Below are positions 45,318 to 55,377 of a DNA stretch of 64,000 nucleotides, one piece after another. Numbering within the stretch: position 1 is the first letter of the stretch; every line of letters starts with the position of its first letter. The position numbers were made by a program, and so were the translations under genes. The notes under the pieces are model-generated. The model ran no database searches and was not told the DNA's origin. It worked only from the letters and a program-made list of their open reading frames with translations. Origin of the DNA: Gammaproteobacteria bacterium (GTDB lineage: Bacteria; Pseudomonadota; Gammaproteobacteria; Eutrophobiales; Eutrophobiaceae); contig CBDCDS010000003.1 in assembly GCA_965215365.1 (NCBI GenBank), positions 1,024,001-1,088,000 of the forward strand. Direction: 5' to 3'.

Positions 45318-46562
45318 ATGAATGATATTGCCACAAAAACCAGGCCATCCTGCTCTCCGGCTGATTTCAAACGACGCATATTGCTGTGTGTAGCCGGTTT
45401 GTCCCCCCAGGTCATTACGGAAACGCTGTATGAACTGGTCACGCGCAAGGACCGGTTTATCCCAACCTGCATTTACGTCATTACTACGCGCGAGGGCGCA
45501 CACCGGATACGTCTCAACTTGCTGGAACCGGACCCGAACGAACAACATTTTCACCGGCTTTGCGCCGAACTGGATATCGATCCGGAAAGCATCGCGTTCC
45601 ATATTGATACCATCTGTCGAAACAGCCCCCCTACATCTGTCGGTATACCTGCTATCGGGGTCAGTCAGACAGCGCTGGCATCGGACATCGCAGTGCTGGA
45701 CGATATCCGTAGCATCACCGACAATGAAATTGCCGCTGACGCCATTACCAGTACCGTGCGCACCCTGACGGCAGACCCGGAGGCAGCAATCCACGCATCC
45801 ATCGCCGGCGGGCGCAAAACCATGGGTTTCTACCTGGGCTATACGCTGAGCCTGTTCGGACGGGAGCAGGACCGCCTGTCTCACGTTCTGGTATCGCCCC
45901 CATTTGAAGCGCATCCGCAATTTTACTATCCCCCGCAAAGCCCCAAGGTACTGCGTGACCGGGACAACCGGCCCATACACACCGGGGACGCCAGCATCAC
46001 ACTAGCTGATATTCCGTTCGTGCGTTTGCGCGGGCACTTGGACAGCAGCATCCTGGGTGAGGGCATAAGCTATTCAGAGACCGTCGCCCGCACCCAGCGC
46101 AATGTCAATCCGCCACACTTGGAACTGGATACAGCGAGCAAGTTGATAGATTGTGGCGGCTGTCGCGTTGAGCTGTCACCTAGCCTGTTTGCGTTTTATG
46201 CCTGGTTTGCACGCCGTCTGCTGGCAGGCAGGCCGGGAGTCCACTGGGCTCAGCCTGACGCCGCGCAAGAATACCTTGCCGAATATGCCCGAGTGGTCGG
46301 TGATTGCAGTGGCGACTACGAAAACGCGTGTAAAAGCCTGCAGCGGGGTATGGACCAGTCGTTTTATGAGCCGAAGATCAGTAAAATTAACCGTCGGCTT
46401 GAAAATATGCTCGGCAAGGGGCCGGCAAGACCGTATCTGCTGAGTAATATCGGCACGGTTCCCGGCACGCGTTATCGGCTTAAAGGGTTGACGTTGAAAC
46501 ATGAACAGGTACATTCGCAGGGAGAGCATATTCTATCGGCAAGCTTGCCACAGATAACATGA
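45318..46562 (+). CDS. CARF domain protein, NE0113/TIGR02584 family, with C-terminal winged-HTH
   Basis: ILLCVAGLSPQVITETLY, SIAGGRKTMG CARF motifs, LSHVLV; C-terminal LELD..GGCRVELSP...ISKINRRL resembles an OmpR-type wHTH. Confidence 0.8.
   Translation: MNDIATKTRPSCSPADFKRRILLCVAGLSPQVITETLYELVTRKDRFIPTCIYVITTREGAHRIRLNLLEPDPNEQHFHRLCAELDIDPESIAFHIDTICRNSPPTSVGIPAIGVSQTALASDIAVLDDIRSITDNEIAADAITSTVRTLTADPEAAIHASIAGGRKTMGFYLGYTLSLFGREQDRLSHVLVSPPFEAHPQFYYPPQSPKVLRDRDNRPIHTGDASITLADIPFVRLRGHLDSSILGEGISYSETVARTQRNVNPPHLELDTASKLIDCGGCRVELSPSLFAFYAWFARRLLAGRPGVHWAQPDAAQEYLAEYARVVGDCSGDYENACKSLQRGMDQSFYEPKISKINRRLENMLGKGPARPYLLSNIGTVPGTRYRLKGLTLKHEQVHSQGEHILSASLPQIT
46538..46549. promoter_or_regulatory. 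Candidate operator palindrome upstream of cas10
   Basis: Perfect GGCAAGCTTGCC about 60 bp before the cas10 ATG. Confidence 0.5.
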
Positions 46563-46610
46563 CAGAGTTGTTGTAGTAATATCACTGTGTGAATAATAAA
46601 ACCGCCTGCT

Positions 46611-49286
46611 ATGTCAGAACCATCCACTCTCATAACACCATCTGCACGCGTAGCGCTGGCTGCTTTTTTGCATGATCTTGGCAAGTTTGCTGAGCGGGCA
46701 AAAATTGACGCTTCTGACGAGCTTATCGAGAATAATAAGCAGCTTTATTGTCCCTATCACCAGGAAGGCAAGTGGTTCTCTCACGTACATGCGGCTTACA
46801 CTGCTATTGCTATGGATGAGATTGAATCCTATCTGCCACCCTTGAAAGGCCATGATGTAGCGCCTTTCGCAGCATGGAGCGCAGCTCAGGTGGATGACTC
46901 ACTTATCAATGGGGCTGCTAAACATCACAAACCGGAGACGTTTCTGCAGTGGGTTATTGCCACCGCTGATCGCGTGGCATCAGGTTTCGAACGTAATGAG
47001 TTTGAACAGTACAACAAGGCGAGAGAAGGCACAAAAGCCGGAAAAAACCATTACACAGCCCGCCAGTTGACCTTGTTCGAGCAGATAAGGCTGGAACACA
47101 AGAACAGACAACAGGAATATCAGTATCGTTACAAACTCAAGCCGCTTTGTCCTGACGCGCTGGCGCCTGTATCAGCACGGGATTATGAACCTGTCGATGA
47201 TGATGTGGCGCAAAGGGAGTACCGGGAGCTCTGGGATGGCTTCGTCGATGGGCTGAAAAAAATACCTGAAGCTCACAGGAAAAATCTGCCGTTGTGGTTG
47301 GGACATTTTGAGTCTTTATGGGCCTGTTTTACTCACGCCATCCCATCTGCCACGGCGTTCAACACCCGCCCGGATGTCTCACTTTACGATCATTCCCGTA
47401 CTACGGCAGCCCTGGCAGTGGCCATCTGGCGTTATCACCGCGAGCACGCGCATGATGAAGCTGAAGTGGTCCGGCGCACGAGTAAGCGAGATGATTGGGA
47501 TGAGAAAAAGTTATTGCTTATCCAGGGGGATTTTTTCGGAATCCAGAATTTCATTTTTGCGAGTGGCGGGGAAACCCAAAAGCGCGCCGCCAAGCTGTTG
47601 CGAGGGCGGTCGTTCTATGTGTCGTTACTGATGGAATGTGCGGCATTGAAAGTGCTCGATCTTTTGGGCTTGCCGGCGACCAGCCAGATCATCAACGCCG
47701 CGGGAAAATTCCTGATTGTTGCACCGAATACCGAAGCCGTGCAGGAGGAGTTGGCTCAAATCCAACAGGAGTTAGACCGGTGGTTCAAGGAACACACCTG
47801 GGCTGCCTCAGGGATTGGCCTTGCGTCGCTGCCGGCTTGTTGTAACGATTTCCTGAAACGCTCGGGGTCAGGTAATGAACCAGCCCCGTTTCAGCAACTG
47901 ATGGACAAGCTGTTTGCAAAGCTGGAGCAGGCTAAACTGCAACGTTTTGACCTGTGCAGTCAGACGCAGGAGTCGGCTGTTTTCAGCAGTTTTTTTAAGC
48001 AGTTTCAACCTGACAAGGGTGTTTGTCGGATCGATGGCAAATCACCGGCCACGCGCCAGGACGAGAATGATAGCGAGGTGTTCCTGAGTGATCTGGCGCA
48101 TGACCAGATTCGAGTTGGAGAATGTCTTACCCGGTACGAGCGTATATTGGTCACACGTTCAAACATCGACCACCATACCCTGCAGCTACCTGTGTTCGGG
48201 TATTTTGTCAGCTTCACTAGGGACGAAGAGATAACCGGCAGGTTCAGTAAACTGGCGGTGGATGGAGACCTTTTACAAGCCTTCGACTTCTCTCTACCTG
48301 AGTCCGGGGGCGCGCCTCTCTGGAACGGCTATGCCAGAAGGCAAATTAACGGTTCCGTGCCCAGGTTTCAGGATTCCGATCTGGAGCATCCGCACAAGTA
48401 CCGGGGAGTGGATGAGCCAGCCAGGATTGGCGAGGTAAAGACATTGAGTCACATTGCCTGTGAGGATGCAGGAGTTGAGGCATTGATGACTCTGAAAGGT
48501 GATGTGGATAATCTTGGACAGATATTCAAAGAAGGGCTGGTGCATCCGGGCGTGGAGGGGATGACCTTTGCCAAAATGGCAGCTTTGTCACGGCAAATGG
48601 ACGCTTTTTTCACAATATATCTGCCTTATCGATGTCGGCAGGATTATCCTGATACCTATACGGTATTCGCTGGTGGGGATGATTTTTTCCTGATCGGGCC
48701 TTGGCATTCGCAGCTCGGTCTGGCCCGGAAAATGCGATACTGGTTCAGTGAGTATGTTGCCCATAACCGCGAAGTGCATTTTTCGATTGGCCTGACCATG
48801 ACCAAGCCCGGGTTGCCAATACGCCACTTGGCAGCTCAGTCTGAACATGCTTTAGAAGCAGCCAAAGGGCATAATCTCCGAGCAGTAAAACCGGCGCCAA
48901 AGAATGCCGTTACCTGTTTCGGACACAGCGTTGGCTGGAATGAGTTCGAGGCGCTGATGGAAAATGTCAGCGCCTTGGAGATGTTGGCTGAAAAGATAAG
49001 GCTCAGTACAGGTTACCTGTATGGCCTGTTGCAGTTAACGGACATGCGGGCAGAAATTGATAAAAAACTGGAAAATGCCTTATGGCGCGCCTGGTTTGCT
49101 TATCGCACCAAGCGGATGCTTGAACGTGACCATGGTCTGGATGAGGAGCAACGACAGGAATATCAGAGTACATTAGCTGCAACCATCGCAGAAAATGGGA
49201 TACAAAAGCACAAACGAGCATACAAAATTGCCTTGTTTACCTATCTCTATCAACATCGTGGGGAAGAGGTTCTAATACATGAATAG
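46611..49286 (+). CDS. cas10: Type III-A Cas10/Csm1
   Basis: HD nuclease LHDLGKF, VSLYDHSR, LLRGRSF, KGDVDNLG and AGGDDFF palm motifs are intact. Confidence 0.96.
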   Translation: MSEPSTLITPSARVALAAFLHDLGKFAERAKIDASDELIENNKQLYCPYHQEGKWFSHVHAAYTAIAMDEIESYLPPLKGHDVAPFAAWSAAQVDDSLINGAAKHHKPETFLQWVIATADRVASGFERNEFEQYNKAREGTKAGKNHYTARQLTLFEQIRLEHKNRQQEYQYRYKLKPLCPDALAPVSARDYEPVDDDVAQREYRELWDGFVDGLKKIPEAHRKNLPLWLGHFESLWACFTHAIPSATAFNTRPDVSLYDHSRTTAALAVAIWRYHREHAHDEAEVVRRTSKRDDWDEKKLLLIQGDFFGIQNFIFASGGETQKRAAKLLRGRSFYVSLLMECAALKVLDLLGLPATSQIINAAGKFLIVAPNTEAVQEELAQIQQELDRWFKEHTWAASGIGLASLPACCNDFLKRSGSGNEPAPFQQLMDKLFAKLEQAKLQRFDLCSQTQESAVFSSFFKQFQPDKGVCRIDGKSPATRQDENDSEVFLSDLAHDQIRVGECLTRYERILVTRSNIDHHTLQLPVFGYFVSFTRDEEITGRFSKLAVDGDLLQAFDFSLPESGGAPLWNGYARRQINGSVPRFQDSDLEHPHKYRGVDEPARIGEVKTLSHIACEDAGVEALMTLKGDVDNLGQIFKEGLVHPGVEGMTFAKMAALSRQMDAFFTIYLPYRCRQDYPDTYTVFAGGDDFFLIGPWHSQLGLARKMRYWFSEYVAHNREVHFSIGLTMTKPGLPIRHLAAQSEHALEAAKGHNLRAVKPAPKNAVTCFGHSVGWNEFEALMENVSALEMLAEKIRLSTGYLYGLLQLTDMRAEIDKKLENALWRAWFAYRTKRMLERDHGLDEEQRQEYQSTLAATIAENGIQKHKRAYKIALFTYLYQHRGEEVLIHE

Positions 49287-49773
49287 TAAGAGACATCACA
49301 GCAACGAAAGCCAACAACACAGGCAGCACGGTGGGACACAATCCCGGTCAGGATTCCCTTTTGAAATAGAGCGTATCGCGCTTGCAGAGGATGAATTAAT
49401 GTCGGATATGTTCAGCAGTGTTGCGGAAGATGCCGCAAAACACGTAGCCGAATGGGATGAGCAGAGCAAGGAAGCAGGGAAGCAAGCCAGCAAATCGACA
49501 CAGTTGCGTAAGTTCTACGATGAGATTTGTATGTGGCACAGCAAGGTTCAAGATGATAGCGCGTGTCTGCAAAAAAACTTGCCTTTGATACTGATGTTGA
49601 AAGCAAAAGTTGCTTATTCGGAAGGTCGTAAACATGTAAACAAAGCCTATGTAAACGTCTTAAACCGTTGCTTGGATCAACTGCAAGCAAGAGCAGAGCC
49701 ACGAACACTTCAAAATCTGAAATTATTCATGGAGGCCTTTACCGGTTTTTACAAGGTTTACGGCCCAAAATAA
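49279..49773 (+). CDS. csm2: Type III-A small subunit Csm2
   Basis: STQLRKFYDE, KAKVAY, FMEAFTGFYK. Confidence 0.92.
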   Translation: MNSKRHHSNESQQHRQHGGTQSRSGFPFEIERIALAEDELMSDMFSSVAEDAAKHVAEWDEQSKEAGKQASKSTQLRKFYDEICMWHSKVQDDSACLQKNLPLILMLKAKVAYSEGRKHVNKAYVNVLNRCLDQLQARAEPRTLQNLKLFMEAFTGFYKVYGPK

Positions 49774-49788
49774 TCGGGAGATACCAAG

Positions 49789-50511
49789 ATGCAACTTACA
49801 GCAATCAGAATAATCACTGGAGAAATAGAGCTACTCAGCGGCTTACATATCGGTGGTGGCGATGCCGATATGCACATCGGTGGTATCGATAACGCAGTGA
49901 TCAAACATCCGGTTACACAGCAACCGTATATTCCCGGTTCCAGTATCAAGGGTAAAATGCGCAGTCTGCTGGAATGGGAGTTGGGAGTGGTTGGCCATAC
50001 GCAGGGGAAGCCACTCAGTTTCAGCCACGTTGAAAAGCTGGAAGACGACCAACAAGAAGGCGCTAAAATCATGCTGAAACTTTTTGGCGGCGCCCCCGAC
50101 AATAATGTACAACACCTAGTTAAGGAAATCGGCCCCACCCGTCTGGCTTTTTGGGACTGCTCCCTCGACACTGATTGGGTCAAGGAAATGGAAGACAGGA
50201 ATCTCCTGTTAACGGAGGCCAAGATGGAAAACTCCATCGACCGTATTCGTGGTGTGGCTGAGAACCCGCGTCAGACAGAGCGCGTGCCCGCCGGCGCGAA
50301 ATTCTGTTTCAAACTGAGCCTGCGTCAGCATGAAGGCGACGGCAACCTGATGGAGGTAATCCTCAAGGGGCTGCGTCTGATAGAGCTTTCCGGACTCGGA
50401 GGGTCAGGTTCGCGCGGTTACGGCAAGGTCAGGTTCAATAAGCTGGCCTGTGAAAACGAGTCTCTTGAAGAGCATATGAAAACTATTGATCCGTTTCTTT
50501 CTACGGACTGA
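49789..50511 (+). CDS. csm3: Type III-A RAMP Csm3
   Basis: GLHIG, IGGIDN (catalytic Asp), PYIPGSSIKGKMRSLLE, LGGSGSRGYG. Confidence 0.95.
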   Translation: MQLTAIRIITGEIELLSGLHIGGGDADMHIGGIDNAVIKHPVTQQPYIPGSSIKGKMRSLLEWELGVVGHTQGKPLSFSHVEKLEDDQQEGAKIMLKLFGGAPDNNVQHLVKEIGPTRLAFWDCSLDTDWVKEMEDRNLLLTEAKMENSIDRIRGVAENPRQTERVPAGAKFCFKLSLRQHEGDGNLMEVILKGLRLIELSGLGGSGSRGYGKVRFNKLACENESLEEHMKTIDPFLSTD

Positions 50512-50522
50512 TCGATATACCT

Positions 50523-51512
50523 GTGAAGCGCTATTGTATCACCGTCGAGCCGGAATCCGCTTTCGGCACGCCGCTAAAAGGCGACACCTTGTTTGGTCAA
50601 CTGTGTTGGGCGATTTTGAACCGGCACGGTCAGGAGCACCTGGAAGTATTATTGGGCGATTATTCGAGACGGCCCTTCGCTGTTTGTTCGGACGGTTTCC
50701 CCAACGCCTATTTACCGCGCCCATCCCTGCCTGTTTCCTGTTTCAGTCTCCCGCAAGGTGAGGATTACAAAGCTATCAAGAAAAGACTCTGGATACCTAT
50801 GGATACATTGGACGCTCCGGTCCCACAGTGGTTACACACTGCCAAATCGGACAGTGAACTGCCAGTCAAACCGGGCGTGAGCAAAGCACAACGCCAGAAT
50901 ACGCAAAAACCGACATGGGAACATTATCAGCCCCAACCACATAACAGCATTAACCGCCTGACCGGCACGACTGGCGAGGGCATGTTTGCCCCGTACAGTC
51001 AGCAGCAAATCTGGTATTGGCCAGGCAGTAGCCTCAATGTGTACCTGTTGCTTGATGAGACGCAATTATCCCTGCAGGAGGTCCGGACGTTGCTATGTGA
51101 TATCGGTGTTTTTGGTTATGGTCGCGACGCAAGTATCGGGCTTGGAAAATTCAGGTTGACTGATTGTGTCGAAGCGGAATTTAACGCGCCTGAAAATGCG
51201 AATGCCTGCCTGACGTTGGCGCCATGCGCCCCGCAAGGGATGGGCATGGATGGCCGCCACAGCTACTACAACACTGTTACTCGTTTCGGTCGTCACGGCG
51301 ATGTTGGCGTGCATGGGGCGCATGGTCCTTTCAAAGCGCCGGTACTATTGGCCGACACTGGCGCAGTATTTACCCCAGTCAAGGAAGGTCAAACCCGCAT
51401 CGGCCAGGCTCTTGGCGGACTCTCAAAGACGATTCCGGGCACAGTACACCAAGGCTATGCGCCCTGCGTCCCCATCTACCTGCCGCCAAAGACACAGCAG
51501 GTGATAACGTGA
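50523..51512 (+). CDS. csm4: Type III-A RAMP Csm4
   Basis: GDTLFGQLCW, SDGFP, HNSINRLTG, GYGRDASIGLGKF. Confidence 0.9.
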   Translation: MKRYCITVEPESAFGTPLKGDTLFGQLCWAILNRHGQEHLEVLLGDYSRRPFAVCSDGFPNAYLPRPSLPVSCFSLPQGEDYKAIKKRLWIPMDTLDAPVPQWLHTAKSDSELPVKPGVSKAQRQNTQKPTWEHYQPQPHNSINRLTGTTGEGMFAPYSQQQIWYWPGSSLNVYLLLDETQLSLQEVRTLLCDIGVFGYGRDASIGLGKFRLTDCVEAEFNAPENANACLTLAPCAPQGMGMDGRHSYYNTVTRFGRHGDVGVHGAHGPFKAPVLLADTGAVFTPVKEGQTRIGQALGGLSKTIPGTVHQGYAPCVPIYLPPKTQQVIT

Positions 51513-53140
51513 AATTTTTAGACGAGCATCATCTGGCAATTACCCTGCTGACACCGGTGCATATCGGTTGTGGTGAAGACTACACGCCGACTGATTACGT
51601 GATTGATGACGATGCCCTGTTTGCCTTTGACAGTGCTGGAATCATCAATGCGTTTTCGGAAACGGCCAGAATACAATTATCAAGGCTGGTCAGCGGCGCT
51701 GTAAAACCGGATGCTCTGATAAATATTCAAAAATTATTCTATGAGCAGCGCGAAGCTCTGATTGCAAAGGCCAGTCACTATCTTCCCGTTGCTGACGGAA
51801 TAATCGAGCTTTATCGAAAAAGCATAGGCAAGGCAGCCCAGCTGGAAAGTAAGGGAAAAAGAGTGGCAAATCGCTTGGAGATGGAACGCACGTTTTACAA
51901 TCCTGTCGACCAGAAACCTGTTATTCCGGGCAGCAGTTTGAAAGGAGCCATCCGGACGGCCTTGCTTAATTCGATAAACCAAGGCAACCCGCTCCGGCTC
52001 AATGAGAAAAACAGAAAATTACAAGGGCGATTGTTTCAATACGACAAGTTTGAAAATGACCCAATGCGGCTGGTGCATTTGGCTGACACGACGCATGACA
52101 GTGATGACATTGTTCATACTGAAATCCGATTTGCAACCAACCACCCCCGGCAGGAACCGAAACGGCCAAGGGGAAAGCAAACGCAGGCGGAAGCTAAAGG
52201 TCCGTATCAACTGTTGGAAATCTTGTCCGGGTTTGGTCCACGCCAATATCGTAGTCGATTAACTGTTCATAGTGTTGAACAAATACGACAAAACCACAGT
52301 TTGCCAAAAGTTGAACTTCGTTGGACAATCAAACAAATTGTGCAGGCCTGCAATGATTTTTATCTCCCGTTGCTGGAACAGGAATTGAAAATTATCAAAG
52401 AGAGGCGATATGCATCTCCCGATTGGGAACAGCAAATGGATGACCTCCTACCCAAAATCCGGCCCGTGCTCAAATCCAATCAGGCCATGGTATTACGCAT
52501 AGGACGCCATAGTGGCGCCGAAGCAGTAACTCTGAATGGTGTGCGGAGCATAAAAATCATGCAGGGAAGAGAGAAACCGAAGTTCAAAGACAAACCACAA
52601 ACCTTATGGTTGGCGGCCAATGCCCAAGACGCCCGTGCACAGATGCTTCCGTTCGGTTGGATTCTGGTTGAAATAAACCCTGCGGAAACGGTGCCGGCAG
52701 CATTGAGGAATTTTGCCGGTAAAACCAGTGACTCCAAGCAGAACTGGTTAAAAAAACAACAATGTCGAATTGCAGATTTACAGGACAAAATTACCCGTAA
52801 AGAGCAACAGGCTCAAGCCGAACAGCAAGCGGAGATTGATCGGCAAAGAGTGGATGCGGAAAAACAAGCGCGTTTGGCCTCCATGAGTAATGAAAAACGG
52901 GCTATCGAGGAGTTACGGGAGCAGTTCACGAAAGCCCAGGCATCCCAGACCTTGACTGCTCAAAGCGTAGTGCCCGATGAGTTAGCCAAGCTGCTCAAAC
53001 AGGCAAGTCAGTGGCCTGAGCGAGAGCGGACAGCCCTGTGCGATTTGGCAGAAGAAATCTACAAACCTCTGGGCATGTTGCGGGGGAAGAAAGGTAAAAA
53101 CCGCAAGACGATAATCCAACAATTAAAAGGACTGAGCTGA
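51509..53140 (+). CDS. csm5: Type III-A RAMP Csm5 with C-terminal coiled-coil extension
   Basis: LTPVHIGCG, IPGSSLKGAIRTA, LRIGRHSG, PFGW; GTG start overlapping the csm4 stop. Confidence 0.9.
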   Translation: MKFLDEHHLAITLLTPVHIGCGEDYTPTDYVIDDDALFAFDSAGIINAFSETARIQLSRLVSGAVKPDALINIQKLFYEQREALIAKASHYLPVADGIIELYRKSIGKAAQLESKGKRVANRLEMERTFYNPVDQKPVIPGSSLKGAIRTALLNSINQGNPLRLNEKNRKLQGRLFQYDKFENDPMRLVHLADTTHDSDDIVHTEIRFATNHPRQEPKRPRGKQTQAEAKGPYQLLEILSGFGPRQYRSRLTVHSVEQIRQNHSLPKVELRWTIKQIVQACNDFYLPLLEQELKIIKERRYASPDWEQQMDDLLPKIRPVLKSNQAMVLRIGRHSGAEAVTLNGVRSIKIMQGREKPKFKDKPQTLWLAANAQDARAQMLPFGWILVEINPAETVPAALRNFAGKTSDSKQNWLKKQQCRIADLQDKITRKEQQAQAEQQAEIDRQRVDAEKQARLASMSNEKRAIEELREQFTKAQASQTLTAQSVVPDELAKLLKQASQWPERERTALCDLAEEIYKPLGMLRGKKGKNRKTIIQQLKGLS

Positions 53141-53424
53141 TGCACCCGTTAATCGAGAAGCATCGCGCTGATATACTCGCTTTGGCTGAGCAGTACGGGA
53201 TTGAAAACGTGCGCGTGTTCGGTTCTATGGCAAGAGGCGATGCCGGGGATACCAGCGATGTGGACCTGTTGGTTTTTCTTCCAAAGGGCCAGAGCGCATT
53301 GGCTCTGGGGGGGCTGCTCATGGATGTTCAGGATTTGTTAAAGCGACATGTAGATGTAGTATCAGAACGAGGTCTGCACCCGATGCTGCGAGAGAACATA
53401 CTCAAGGAGGCAGTACCTCTGTGA
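53140..53424 (+). CDS. Minimal nucleotidyltransferase (MNT) antitoxin
   Basis: VFGSMARGD..SDVDLLV, VDVV. Confidence 0.9.
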   Translation: MHPLIEKHRADILALAEQYGIENVRVFGSMARGDAGDTSDVDLLVFLPKGQSALALGGLLMDVQDLLKRHVDVVSERGLHPMLRENILKEAVPL

Positions 53425-53783
53425 CCCCTACTTCGGAGTCTGATCGATTGATGCTGATGCACATACTTGATTGCATACAGCAGATCTGGGAATATACTGA
53501 AAACAGCCGGGAGGCGTTTTTTGGCTCACAAATGGTGCAGGATGCAACTGTACGTAATCTGCAAGTGCTAGCTGAATCCACCCAGAGACTCAGTGAAGCC
53601 ATCAAGGCTACCCAACAGGATATTCCCTGGCGCAAAATTGCCGGTTTCCGCAATGTTCTTGTCCATAGTTACCTGAGCCTCGACCTTGAGGCAGTATGGT
53701 CTGTAGTTGAGCATAATCTGAAAGATTTGTCTGAGGCAGCGGAAGCAATGTTGCTTATGGCGGACAAGGACACCAAGCCTTGA
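53421..53783 (+). CDS. HEPN/DUF86 ribonuclease toxin
   Basis: QDATVRNL, IPWRKIAGFRNVLVHSY (Rx4H). Confidence 0.9.
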   Translation: MTPTSESDRLMLMHILDCIQQIWEYTENSREAFFGSQMVQDATVRNLQVLAESTQRLSEAIKATQQDIPWRKIAGFRNVLVHSYLSLDLEAVWSVVEHNLKDLSEAAEAMLLMADKDTKP

Positions 53784-53947
53784 CGATGAAACTAGTTAAA
53801 GCAGGGCCCGCCTTAGTGGTGCGACGCTCAGCCTATCTTCAAGACGCCATAGATCAGCGTACCTACAAAAAAACAAATGACAGCAGCCAGCGCAATGAAC
53901 TCGATCATATTTTTCCGACCTCTTTGTAATTGAAACACTGTGTTTCC

Positions 53948-55266
53948 ATGAACAAGAAAATCCTTGTCCAGACCGTCGGCGGTTCCCATGAACCGATTCT
54001 TACGTCTATAAAAGAGAACAAGCCTGATTTTATCTGTTTTTTCTGCTCTGGCAAAGACTTGGCGACAGGCAAGCCGGGCTCCGAGAAACAGATTACCGGG
54101 AGGGCAGTGTTATCAAAAAGAGCCCCGGGGATGACAGCCCCAGCCTCCCCAATATTCCTACGTTGGCAGGCCTTGAGAAGGACCAATACGAGGTAGTCAT
54201 CATTCCTGCCGATGAGCCGGATGCAGCATTCAAAAAAATATCCGAGCGTTTGCACAAATTGATATCGCAACATCCGGGGGCTGCTTTTATTGCCGATTAC
54301 ACCGGCGGCACTAAATCGATGACCGCTGCTCTGGTACTGGCAGCAGTGGAACACAGAGAGGTTACCCTGCAACTGGTTACTGGCAATCGAGTCAACTTGC
54401 ATGGTGTGGAATCCGGCATGGGGACAACCGGATTAATACCTATGGAAACCGTTCGTGTGCAGCGGGCCCTTACTCAATTCACCGAGTTCTGGCGCTATTT
54501 TTCCTATGGTGAAGCAGCACGAGGCCTAGTCAACATTAAACCTGCCAAGCCCGGGTTGAAACGCAAGCTAAGAGTATTACTGGATTTAAGCAAGGCCTTT
54601 GGCGCTTGGGACCGGTTTGACCATCAGCAGGCACATAACATCATCGGCAATTATGGCAAGCTGATCGCACCGGCCCATCAGCATCTTCTGAACTCATTAA
54701 CAAATCTTACAACGAAATCAGACCGGCAAACCCTCGGCCTGTTGTGGGACTTGTGGTTCAACGCTTTGCGCCGCGCTGAGCAGGGACGTTATGATGATGC
54801 GGTTGCTCGCTTGTATCGCCTGTTGGAGTGGACTGCACAGTGGATTTTGCAGGTCAATTGCGGTGTCGACAAGACTGGTGATATTCCAGCAGACAAAATA
54901 CCCTCCAGCATGTCCTTACAAGCAAACCCGAAAGGCCAATACCAGGCTGGCCTGCTCAAGGCATGGGAACTGGTCGGCCATCATCACCCGGACAAGAATA
55001 GTGCGGCTTTCCAATTCAGTAAGTGTAAGTTGAAGGCGATGCAGACACAGCTTGAGAAGCGGAACTACTCCATACTGGCTCACGGCTTCAGTCCCATCAG
55101 CGAGGAAGACTGGCGTGCCTTCAGAAACTGGATGAAAGAAAATTTTCTACCCATGCTGAAAATGGAAACGCAGGGAGCCGGGCTAAAAACAATCCCGCAG
55201 CAACTGCCGCAGCGCACTTGGCCAGAGATAGAGCAAATGGATAACATTGCCGACAGTTTCAACTGA
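53948..55266 (+). pseudogene. TIGR02710-like CARF-HEPN CRISPR effector split by a 1-bp frameshift near 54098
   Basis: TVGGSHEPI N-terminus in one frame; ADYTGGTKSMTAAL, GRYDDAVARLYR and RNYSILAHG in another; adding one G at GGG 54098-54100 gives continuous TGEGSVIKK..LPNIPTLAGL. Confidence 0.78.
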
Positions 55267-55336
55267 GTTACGGAGTCCGGGAAATGCTCCCATAACGGCG
55301 TGGATTGGAACAAGTGTGGCAACTTGATCTTTACTC

Positions 55337-55352
55337 ACGGCAAGCTTGCCGT
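55337..55352. promoter_or_regulatory. Candidate operator palindrome upstream of cas2-cas1
   Basis: Perfect 16-bp ACGGCAAGCTTGCCGT, adjoining an upstream TTTACTCA. Confidence 0.55.
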
Positions 55353-55377
55353 CCCACCTGAGCGCCGGTTTTTGTGA

